A stretch of 20,000 nt of DNA from an uncultured virus (IMG/VR IMGVR_UViG_3300046507_000407). Taxonomy: Duplodnaviria; Heunggongvirae; Uroviricota; Caudoviricetes; Schitoviridae. The position numbers were made by a program, and so were the translations under genes. The stretch lies in IMG/VR virus record IMGVR_UViG_3300046507_000407. One strand, given 5' to 3'. This document shows, one piece after another, positions 1 through 7,404 of this stretch. Each line of letters begins with the position of its first letter. Position 1 is the stretch's first letter. The notes beneath the pieces were generated by a model that searched no databases, was not told the origin of the DNA, and worked only from the letters and a program-made list of their open reading frames with translations.

Positions 1-749
1 AAGAAGTTGCGGATGTCGATCACCTCGGCCGTCGGCCGGTTCTCCAGCAGCTGATCGACCTCAACCGTCTCCATGCCGGTTTTCACGGCATAGGTCATCT
101 GGCCATTCTCCTGGTAAAGGGAGACGGCCGACTGCATCTCGGGCGGCACCTGCTCGGCGTAGGTCTTCGGATCCGTCTGAGCCAGGGACAAAGCCTGTTG
201 CAGCGCCTGCATCTGCTGCTGGGTGTCGATCTCGAAGTGGGCAAACTTCGGCACCTGCTGCTTGACCTTCTTGCTCACCCGCTTCCAGCCGAGGCGCACG
301 ACCGACGTGCCTTCGTCGACCGTGCAGCGCACGAAGTCATCGACGAACTTCACCCGGTTCATCTTGGTGCGGAACTGCCAGTTCAGCACCAGCTCGTTCT
401 GTTGCGCACCGGGCCTGTCTTCCCAGCTCGTGGGCTTGACCTCGAACAGCTTGTCTGAGCCAAGGAAAGGCTCGGAGAGCGCCGAGTAACGCCACTCGGC
501 CTGACGCCGGATGAGCTTGGGCTGCACGGATGAGCGGCCCTTCACCTTCGGCGGAGCAGCCTTGCCCTTCACATCACGCAGGGCGACCCAGTGATTGATC
601 CGGGTGACCTGCTCATCGTGCGAAGGCTTGGCCGCCTCCATGTCACCCTTGAGGATGTCGAGCGTCGGCTCGTTCTTCCAGGCGGTGAGTTTCTTGGGCG
701 GTACACCCGGCGCCGGCAGAATCTGGTCAGGAGATTGGAGTTGTGTCAT
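1..749 (-). CDS. N4-like portal protein (gp59-type), N-terminal part; runs off the window
   Basis: Not in the ORF track. Hand translation from the ATG at 749 (ATGA overlap with the Rz stop) gives MTQLQSPDQ...KLTAWKNEPTLDILKGD...KGRSSVQPKLIRRQAEWRYSALSEPFLGSDKLFEVKPTSWED, which I recognise as the N4-type portal N-terminus. Its position after the spanins matches N4 gene order. Confidence 0.92.
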   Translation of the reverse strand, partial: MTQLQSPDQILPAPGVPPKKLTAWKNEPTLDILKGDMEAAKPSHDEQVTRINHWVALRDVKGKAAPPKVKGRSSVQPKLIRRQAEWRYSALSEPFLGSDKLFEVKPTSWEDRPGAQQNELVLNWQFRTKMNRVKFVDDFVRCTVDEGTSVVRLGWKRVSKKVKQQVPKFAHFEIDTQQQMQALQQALSLAQTDPKTYAEQVPPEMQSAVSLYQENGQMTYAVKTGMETVEVDQLLENRPTAEVIDIRNF

Positions 750-1270
750 GGGGCGGTATCCGTGTTGAGGAGCTGGCGATCCGCCATCAGTTGCTGGCCG
801 ACTTGCACGAGCTGTCGGTCACGCAGTTCAACAGTTGCCCGGAGCTCTCCAACCAGAGATCGGCCCGCTTCAAGAGCCCGGTCGAGTTCGGCTGTATGGC
901 CTGCGAGATCTGCGCACTGAGCGCCTCCGCCTTGGGCCTGACGTTGATAAATTGCGGCCCGGGCGGCACTGCGCTGCACGCTGAGATCAGCATCACGGCG
1001 CACAGCAGCAAGCTGTTGCGCGTGTGCTTCAGAAGCCGCATCGAGTGCGTCCGCTGCACGTTGGGAGTCATGGGCATGCTCTTTTTCCTTGTCCGCGTAC
1101 TCAGCCCGGAGCCTGTCCGTGGCCTCGTTGCGCGCTATCTTGTCTGCATCCCATTTGGACTGGATCTCGGCTTTTCCGTGATCCACTCCAGATGAGTAGC
1201 AATACCAACCTGCTCCACCGACGACGACTGCCGGCAACACACAGTAGAGCAGGAGTCTAGGTAGAACCAT
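746..1270 (-). CDS. Rz: i-spanin (Rz-like)
   Basis: N-terminal TM segment (LLLYCVLPAVVVGGAGWYCY) followed by an Ala/Gln-rich coiled coil, downstream of the endolysin. The ATG at 1270 has a GGGGAG SD; the track start at 1288 is an alternative. Confidence 0.88.
   Translation of the reverse strand: MVLPRLLLYCVLPAVVVGGAGWYCYSSGVDHGKAEIQSKWDADKIARNEATDRLRAEYADKEKEHAHDSQRAADALDAASEAHAQQLAAVRRDADLSVQRSAARAAIYQRQAQGGGAQCADLAGHTAELDRALEAGRSLVGELRATVELRDRQLVQVGQQLMADRQLLNTDTAP
787..1041 (-). CDS. Rz1: o-spanin lipoprotein (Rz1-like), embedded in Rz in another frame
   Basis: MRLLKHTRNSLLLCAVMLISA-C has a basic N-region, hydrophobic core and lipobox Cys, followed by Pro-rich SAVPPGP. It lies entirely inside Rz. 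Confidence 0.88.
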   Translation of the reverse strand: MRLLKHTRNSLLLCAVMLISACSAVPPGPQFINVRPKAEALSAQISQAIQPNSTGLLKRADLWLESSGQLLNCVTDSSCKSASN

Positions 1271-1877
1271 GGGAGGTCTCCCCTTCATCCTTGCACCGCT
1301 CTAGCGGCACGTTTCCGATACGGTTCGATACCCAGCCGGTTGTGTACTGGTTGAGTCCCGTGAGACTCATGTAATACACAGCCTGTTGGGCATCGAGTAA
1401 CTTGACCACCAGCTCACAGGCCTGGACTCTTCCCCGAAGACGCTGCAATGCCTGGTACGCCTGAATTGTTCCTGGGCCGACTTTACCATCAACATAAGTT
1501 GAGGGGAAGTCACGCCCACCTCTGTTCAGGGAGTTGAGTGCTTTCTGGAGCCAGAGAGAAGGACGGGCCGGGCCAGTATTCACAGCACTGTCCACCAGTT
1601 CCTGTGCGACTGCCGGAGACAGTTTCAGGAACGGTTCAAAGCCCGGTTTCCGGATGTAATCTTCGAAGTAAATTGAGGTAGCCAGCTCCTGACTGAGACT
1701 CTTCATCGGGCCGGTGTAGCCGTGCTGCACCGCGACCGCCTGGGTGATCCCGTGATTGGTTTCTCCCCCTGGGTCTTTGGGGTCATTAACGTAGCCGCCT
1801 TCCACTGCGAAGACGGCTGCGATAATGGCCGCTGCTACCCCACCAATCCCGGCTTTTTTCGCGTTACTGACTGGCAT
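1257..1877 (-). CDS. Endolysin, GH108 N-acetylmuramidase with N-terminal SAR segment and C-terminal peptidoglycan-binding domain
   Basis: EGGYVNDPKDPGGETNHGIT is the GH108 motif, with VDGKVGPGT and GWVSNR further on. The Gly/Ala-rich GIGGVAAAIIAAVFAV just before the catalytic Glu is SAR-like. Confidence 0.92.
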   Translation of the reverse strand: MPVSNAKKAGIGGVAAAIIAAVFAVEGGYVNDPKDPGGETNHGITQAVAVQHGYTGPMKSLSQELATSIYFEDYIRKPGFEPFLKLSPAVAQELVDSAVNTGPARPSLWLQKALNSLNRGGRDFPSTYVDGKVGPGTIQAYQALQRLRGRVQACELVVKLLDAQQAVYYMSLTGLNQYTTGWVSNRIGNVPLERCKDEGETSHGST

Positions 1878-2118
1878 TATCGGTACCCTCCCTCAGCTGG
1901 TCGTGTGTCCACACGAGCACCCGGCTGATCATCACGGCAGCGAACAGCACCACGCCGACGGCAGGTGCATGCGGGATCCTGTCAAGTACAGGCTTGTCGA
2001 TACCCGTCCAGACGCTATAGATGAGGTCAGCCGTCGAGGAGACGAAGCCGATACCCGACCACCACATGGATGCCCACGAGTGGGCCTTGTCTGCGTTTTC
2101 AACCAGCTTCAGTGCCAT
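1864..2118 (-). CDS. Holin-like or lysis-regulator membrane protein
   Basis: 84 aa with two hydrophobic segments, overlapping the endolysin start. Confidence 0.7.
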   Translation of the reverse strand: MALKLVENADKAHSWASMWWSGIGFVSSTADLIYSVWTGIDKPVLDRIPHAPAVGVVLFAAVMISRVLVWTHDQLREGTDNASQ

Positions 2119-2119
2119 G

Positions 2120-2467
2120 TCATTTCCCTGTGAGCAGTGTGATCAGCCCCGTCTTGGCGGCGGCGATCAGACCGACCATGCCGAGAAGTGAGCCGGCTGC
2201 GCCCCAGATCCACTTGCCGGCAGCGCCTGCACCCTGGACCTTGTGCTTGATGGTGATGAACTCCTCGATGGTGGGTGCCTGGGTCTTCAGTGACTCCTCA
2301 ACCTTCTGCATCCGGCCATCCATGACGGCGAGCGTCTGCGACTGCTCTTCCATCTTCAGGTAGGTGGCCTTACGCGCGAGCTTGGCATCGTCCTGTTCGC
2401 GCACGATGTAGAGCAGTCGCTCTTCCATGCGTGCTAGCTGTACTGCGAGATTGACTTCGTCGCCCAT
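2120..2467 (-). CDS. Lysis-cassette membrane protein (coiled coil plus C-terminal TM; holin or antiholin candidate)
   Basis: 115 aa with a helical N-terminus and hydrophobic C-terminus (WIWGAAGSLLGMVGLIAAA). First gene of the lysis cassette. Confidence 0.65.
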   Translation of the reverse strand: MGDEVNLAVQLARMEERLLYIVREQDDAKLARKATYLKMEEQSQTLAVMDGRMQKVEESLKTQAPTIEEFITIKHKVQGAGAAGKWIWGAAGSLLGMVGLIAAAKTGLITLLTGK

Positions 2468-2484
2468 TTGCTGGCCTGTAAACG

Positions 2485-2526
2485 AAAAAAGGGGGAGCTC
2501 CGGCGATGTGCCTGGAACTCCCCCTT
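2485..2526 (-). terminator. Intrinsic terminator between the tail genes and the lysis cassette
   Basis: Minus strand reads AAGGGGGAGTTCC...GGAGCTCCCCC-TTTTTT. Confidence 0.85.
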
Positions 2527-2601
2527 GGTGAGCCGCAGATGGGCGTCACTGGGTTACGGAATGTACTCGGATGATACGCGAAGGCTGGTTAGCACTCCAG
2601 T

Positions 2602-2781
2602 TTAGTCGGAGGATTCGACCACACTGGCGTTGGGATTCACAGACACCGGCACCTCCGGATCGATCACCTTGCGACTGGAGTGATTGAGCAGGTGCGGATT
2701 CGCTGCCAGCCAGTCATCCAGTGTCGGTGTCTTCCAGTTCGATGCAGCAATCTGCACGGTGTCGGTCGTTGTATCGGCCAT
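2602..2781 (-). CDS. Small hypothetical protein (59 aa)
   Basis: Below the track cut-off. MADTTTDTVQIAASNWKTPTLDDWLAANPHLLNHSSRKVIDPEVPVSVNPNASVVESSD with a GGGAGA SD upstream; same strand as its neighbours. Confidence 0.65.
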   Translation of the reverse strand: MADTTTDTVQIAASNWKTPTLDDWLAANPHLLNHSSRKVIDPEVPVSVNPNASVVESSD

Positions 2782-2831
2782 GTCTTTCTCCCTGGCTCAG
2801 GACACCCACCGCAGTGGGCGCCCTGCTCCGG

Positions 2832-4178
2832 TTACGCCTGCACTACACCCGGCTTCCAGTAAGACTGACGCTTCGTCTTGTTGGTGACCGTGAAGTTGTT
2901 GAAGGTGTAGAGACCAGCGTCCTGCACGTAGACCGTCGGTGACAGGCTGGTCGTGCCCGGTGTGACCTTGAACTCCTGCGAGAAGATCACGTCCCGGATG
3001 GTCTTGTCCGCATTGATCGGACGCACGTTTCCATTGCCGGCCGGATTCTCGACATCGATCGACACCGTCAGGCCACCTGCCGTGGCGAGGTTCAGTGCCG
3101 GACCCGTGACCCGGCCACTGAATTCCAGCACGTCACCTGCCACCCAAGCAGCCGGATCGACCGAGCCAGCGAGTGCATAGGCACCGCCATTGGCGGCCAT
3201 CGTGTACTTGAACAGGTTGCCGCTCGAACGGGCCAGTGCCGTGTCTGCCGTGCCCGGTACCAGTACCGTGGCATTGTCACCGACCGAACCTTCGCCCCAG
3301 CCACCCATGTAGCCTTCGGCCACCTTGAAGTTGAAGCACCCGTTCTGCAGGATGTTGTGCAGACGGCCCGAGTCGGCCACTTCATTGGCCGAGGACAGGT
3401 ACACCTGGTTGAGCGCCAGCTGCGGATTCTGCAGGAAGTACGACACATAGGCCGCAATCGCATCGGCACCGGCCTGATTCGGGTGGACCCCGTCATCGGA
3501 CAGACCGGCACGGAAGCCACCGGTTGCTGTGTCACAGGTGAACTTGAACACGTCGATCAGCGGCAGGCCGTAGTACGCCGCGAGGTCGTACAGGAACGGG
3601 ATGAAGTCACGCGTCTCCGACCAGCCCGTGTTGTCCTGGCCAAGGCCAGCCTGCGTCTTCGCCGGGGGCGTGACGAGGATCGGGATGATGCCATTGGCGA
3701 GCGACTGCTGGACGATCCACTCGTAGTCGTCGAGCACGTCGGCCATGCCGGCAAACGAGATGCCCGTGGTGATCGAGTTGGTGCCTGCCATAAACAGGAT
3801 CGCTTCCGGCTGGAACGGCAGCACGTCCGTGGCAAAACGGGCACGCATCTGCGCAACCGTGTTCCCACCGACGCCCGCATTGGCCAGGTACGTGAAGCGC
3901 GCAGCACGACGGATCGCATTCTCGGCATAGCCGTTGCCCGCCTGCCAGTAGCCGTTGTTCAGCGTCGAGCTGTTCTGCGTGATCGAGTCACCGAACGGCA
4001 GGATGCGGCGGATACGCGAGAGGTTCACTTCCTTGACCTTGTCCGAGCCAAGGATACGGAAGGCACCCGTGGCATCCTTCGATCCCCACTGGCCATTCTC
4101 ATTCGGGAACAGCGAGCTGTAGCCGATGTCCGGCGTATCCGTCAGCGCTGCTGCGGTATTTTTCAGTACGAGTGGCAT
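2832..4178 (-). CDS. SGNH/GDSL esterase, probably a tail-associated polysaccharide deacetylase, with a C-terminal beta-rich domain
   Basis: All four SGNH blocks are present: FGDSIT, NAGVGGNT, AGTNS and DGVHPN. The gene lies in the tail gene cluster. Confidence 0.85.
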   Translation of the reverse strand: MPLVLKNTAAALTDTPDIGYSSLFPNENGQWGSKDATGAFRILGSDKVKEVNLSRIRRILPFGDSITQNSSTLNNGYWQAGNGYAENAIRRAARFTYLANAGVGGNTVAQMRARFATDVLPFQPEAILFMAGTNSITTGISFAGMADVLDDYEWIVQQSLANGIIPILVTPPAKTQAGLGQDNTGWSETRDFIPFLYDLAAYYGLPLIDVFKFTCDTATGGFRAGLSDDGVHPNQAGADAIAAYVSYFLQNPQLALNQVYLSSANEVADSGRLHNILQNGCFNFKVAEGYMGGWGEGSVGDNATVLVPGTADTALARSSGNLFKYTMAANGGAYALAGSVDPAAWVAGDVLEFSGRVTGPALNLATAGGLTVSIDVENPAGNGNVRPINADKTIRDVIFSQEFKVTPGTTSLSPTVYVQDAGLYTFNNFTVTNKTKRQSYWKPGVVQA

Positions 4179-4886
4179 TTATACCTCGATAAGGTAGCCA
4201 TCCAGTTTGAGAGTGCCGTCCACCGTGATGGCCATACGGAGGAAAGCCTGACTGTCGTCAGGAACGAAATAGGTCGTCCCTGCGGCAATTTTCCGGGGGG
4301 TGAAGCCACCGCTACCTGAGCCAGAGGAAGCAGGAAGCTGCGCAGCAGGTACCTTGCCGTCTGCCCCAAGCTGGGCCACACCGTTGATCGCACCGAGCTT
4401 TGAGGCCAGCAGGACATCCGGCTTGTTCAGGATGGCGCCCATGCCATTGGCTGCATTCCAGTCGGCCGGCACCTGTGCTGCGGGAATCGGCGGCAGCTGG
4501 TTACCCGGCACCTTGCCGTCGGCACCGAGTGCCGCTACCCCATTGATCTCGCCCACCCGGTCAGCCGCCAGTGCCTCGACCCATGCGCCTTTCGAACGGG
4601 CGTAGGCCTTGACTGCATCGGTCGGCTCGGGAATCCCGAAGGTGGTACCCGGGGGGAAAATCAGCCCCTTGGCCAGATCCGCCAGCGAGACAAGGTTCGT
4701 CCATGCCGGGTCACCCTCACGGCGCCACTGGAGATACTGCTGGTCCGGGCTTTCCTGGAGTTCGATATCCCGCGGTGCCAGCAGGCTCATGTTGTCGGCC
4801 ACGAACAGGATCTGCCCGAGTGCCGCATGCACTTCCTTCACAACCTGGTAGCTGTTGCCCAGCCGACTATCGACCAGTGTATTCAT
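4179..4886 (-). CDS. Short tail fibre/adapter protein with internal repeats
   Basis: Likely start MNTLVDSRLGNSY at 4886 (the track extends to 4949). Two copies of G-x-INGVA-x-LGADGKVP-x-x-QLP; the N-terminal motif is shared with the other fibres. Confidence 0.7.
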   Translation of the reverse strand: MNTLVDSRLGNSYQVVKEVHAALGQILFVADNMSLLAPRDIELQESPDQQYLQWRREGDPAWTNLVSLADLAKGLIFPPGTTFGIPEPTDAVKAYARSKGAWVEALAADRVGEINGVAALGADGKVPGNQLPPIPAAQVPADWNAANGMGAILNKPDVLLASKLGAINGVAQLGADGKVPAAQLPASSGSGSGGFTPRKIAAGTTYFVPDDSQAFLRMAITVDGTLKLDGYLIEV

Positions 4887-4900
4887 GGTGAAACCCTCAG

Positions 4901-5089
4901 TTAGTCCTTCTTGAAGCGGTCTTTCACCGCCTTGCAATGTTCGATCCACTCGACGGTTTCGGGAGGCAGCTCGATGCCATTCTGGCGAAGGGCATCAAAG
5001 CCCTTCATCAGTGCATCAAGCTGATCGCCCATGTCCATGTACGCATCTGCACGCAGTGGGCGTGGATCCACTTCGGTATGGATCTTCAT
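4901..5089 (-). CDS. Tail fibre assembly chaperone-like small protein
   Basis: The pattern R..AY...GDQLDAL...W...C.AVK.RF.K resembles small genes found next to phage fibres. ATGA overlap with the upstream gene. Confidence 0.55.
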   Translation of the reverse strand: MKIHTEVDPRPLRADAYMDMGDQLDALMKGFDALRQNGIELPPETVEWIEHCKAVKDRFKKD

Positions 5090-5508
5090 GGCTGGGTCAC
5101 CTGGAAAGTGGCATCGAGCATCGGAAACGCCGACACCCTGACTTCATAGGTGCCGGGTTGACTGAAGGACAGGTCGGCTGTGTCGTCCGTGCAGTCGTGA
5201 GCTACGCCCTGAACCGTGATTACACACGGATTCGGCAGCGTTAACAAGGTCATTCCAGAAAGAGTTGCCGGATTTTCCGGCCGGGCCGTGACAACACCAT
5301 CCTTTACATAGTCCGTGAGCAGACTAGCGGTGCCCTCGATCACACCCTCCCCCTGGAGCTCCAGCATCGAGCGGGGCACCGTGCCGAGCCACTGGATCCG
5401 ACCGGTGGCCGGATCGTACTTCACGAAGTTGACTGCAGGATCCGGTTGAACTTCCGGTTCCGGTGGGGGTGTCACTTCAAGTGCAGGCAGATCTTCTGCA
5501 TCATTCAT
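5086..5508 (-). CDS. Tail-associated hypothetical protein
   Basis: Start at 5508 gives an ATGA overlap with the J-like gene stop. Contains YDPATGRI and a beta-rich C-terminus. Confidence 0.65.
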   Translation of the reverse strand: MNDAEDLPALEVTPPPEPEVQPDPAVNFVKYDPATGRIQWLGTVPRSMLELQGEGVIEGTASLLTDYVKDGVVTARPENPATLSGMTLLTLPNPCVITVQGVAHDCTDDTADLSFSQPGTYEVRVSAFPMLDATFQVTQP

Positions 5509-7055
5509 CGCATTACTCCAAGACACAGCATCGAGAACTGGCCAAGCAGTGCCCGGCCACCATCCCAGTTATTGCCGAAGTAGACACTGAAGGTGTGGGT
5601 GCCGGCTGATACGTCGATCTTCGAGGTAGCCGTGCCTGAGCTGGTGAAGTCCTTCTTCAGGGAAATCGCCGTGTCGAGGAAGGTCTGACCGTCCACCTTC
5701 ACCACGCACCGGCTGTTCGTATCGAAATCCCGTGCACCAGCTATCCACGACACCATGGCCACAATGGCACAGGTATCCGGGTACGACACAGTCAGGTTGG
5801 CGAACGGACCGTCGAGCGTATTGGCGCCGCTGGAAAAATCATTACCCGTGCCCTGCGTGTAGGCAGGGACCGTCACCGAGTTGGGGCCGATCTTCAGCGT
5901 CGAGACCGCTGCATTGGTGATCTTGGCGTTGGTGATCGTCGCATCCCCGATCACCGCTGCGGCTACACTCAATGTCGGCACGCCATTCACGTTCTGGATG
6001 ATGAACGGCTGCTGGCCGGCATAGCCGGGGTACGCCACGATGAACCGGTCCACCCGTACATTGAAGGCCGAGTAGTAGCCATTGTTCATCAGGTTAAAAC
6101 CCGTGGCGTAACCATTCACGTCGATGGTTACACCCCACTGCCCGTACAGTCCATTGACCGACTGGGCCACCTGGTTGATGGTCGTGGTGTGTCCGTTCAG
6201 TGTGGTCGTGACGGACTGGATCTGGGTAGCGGTGGCCGCATAGTTGTTGGCAACCGCGGTCTGGATGTTCTCGATCTTCGCGTCAACGTCGACACTGACC
6301 GAGGCCTCCACCGTGCTCATACGGTTAGACAGTGCCTGGTAGTCATCTGCCCGCGTCTGATCCACATCAACGATGAGTGCCCGGTTGCCGGCGATGTCTG
6401 CCACCACCGCATCCACACGCTTGCTGATCGCCGTATCTGCGTTGACGTAGGCGGTCTTCGTCTCGTTGATCGCCGCGGTCGCATTGGCATTGCCCGCCAC
6501 AACCTGATCGATCTGGACAGCAATCGCATCGTCCTTGGTCGAACGGGTCAGTGATTCTTCCTGGATCGCTGCCACGTTGCCATCGATCCGCGAGCCGACG
6601 GTATCGACCTTGATCGCAATCGATTCGGTAGCCGTCTGGAGCGTGGCGATCTTCTCGCTGACGGTGGCCGTGATGATGCTGTCGATCAGCGTACGGGCCT
6701 GAGCCAGAACAGAAGTCGCAATCTCCTGCGCACTCTGTTCGAGTTCGAGATGGGCCGCAGCAATAGCTGCATCCTGCGCCGCTTTCACGAGCAGGTCTTT
6801 CTGTTCCTGGGTCAGCTCACCGCCCCCGGGGTTCCCCGAGAAAAACGGATCGTCGGGCTTCGGTACGCCGCCCGGCTGATACAGACGCAGAATCAGGTTG
6901 TCGGAGACGAGCTCCGCTTCAATTGCACTCTCTTCGAGTTCCGCTGACAGGACATCGGACTGGAGACCTAGCTGTACGTCATTGGTCTCCACTCCGATGG
7001 CCAGTCCCTGCGTTATGAACTCGATGGAGGCATCATCATCGAGTACGTCGCTCAT
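5505..7055 (-). CDS. Tail fibre/tip protein with coiled coil and lambda-J-like (DUF1983-type) C-terminal region
   Basis: Long Ala/Thr/Gln heptad region, then GQWGVTIDVNGYATGF...FNVRVDRFIV...PFII...IGDATITNAKITNAAVSTLKIG, typical of J-type C-termini. Confidence 0.75.
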   Translation of the reverse strand: MSDVLDDDASIEFITQGLAIGVETNDVQLGLQSDVLSAELEESAIEAELVSDNLILRLYQPGGVPKPDDPFFSGNPGGGELTQEQKDLLVKAAQDAAIAAAHLELEQSAQEIATSVLAQARTLIDSIITATVSEKIATLQTATESIAIKVDTVGSRIDGNVAAIQEESLTRSTKDDAIAVQIDQVVAGNANATAAINETKTAYVNADTAISKRVDAVVADIAGNRALIVDVDQTRADDYQALSNRMSTVEASVSVDVDAKIENIQTAVANNYAATATQIQSVTTTLNGHTTTINQVAQSVNGLYGQWGVTIDVNGYATGFNLMNNGYYSAFNVRVDRFIVAYPGYAGQQPFIIQNVNGVPTLSVAAAVIGDATITNAKITNAAVSTLKIGPNSVTVPAYTQGTGNDFSSGANTLDGPFANLTVSYPDTCAIVAMVSWIAGARDFDTNSRCVVKVDGQTFLDTAISLKKDFTSSGTATSKIDVSAGTHTFSVYFGNNWDGGRALLGQFSMLCLGVMR

Positions 7056-7378
7056 GCCGTGTTTGCCTCCGTGACAGTGTCGAGTACATCGATCTCCACC
7101 GTGTTGGAGATCAGCACCTTGCCTGCTGCGTTGACCAGTCGCACATCAATGACATGCGGCATGGCCAGCCACTTCGCCGTATCGGTGTTCACCGCGTAGA
7201 TCCGCACGAGCGAGGTCACCGGATCCACCACCGAGCAGGTCATGTGCTGAATGAACTCGAAGTTCGGCACTGACCGGATGTCGGCATACAGCGTGCAGCC
7301 TGCGAGTGGATAAGGCAAGCCCTTGTTCGTGAGTTGCCCCACGAAGTCAAAGGTCTGTCCACGTTTGAATCGAACCAT
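7052..7378 (-). CDS. BppU-N-like small beta-sandwich tail adapter
   Basis: KRGQTFDFVGQL...PLAGCTLYADIR...DVRLVNAAGKVLISNT resembles N-terminal domains of baseplate upper proteins. ATGA overlap with the J-like gene. Confidence 0.55.
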   Translation of the reverse strand: MVRFKRGQTFDFVGQLTNKGLPYPLAGCTLYADIRSVPNFEFIQHMTCSVVDPVTSLVRIYAVNTDTAKWLAMPHVIDVRLVNAAGKVLISNTVEIDVLDTVTEANTA

Positions 7379-7404
7379 GTCTGTATCCCGGTAGCTATGT
7401 AGGT

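Noticed and set aside
3357..4319. 320-aa plus-strand ORF
   Set aside because: Antisense to the SGNH esterase; Arg-rich shadow composition.
4340..4545. Near-duplicate DNA segments, considered as a possible DGR template/variable repeat pair
   Set aside because: Both copies are in-frame protein repeats (INGVAxLGADGKVP), the differences are not adenine-specific, and no reverse transcriptase is present in the window.
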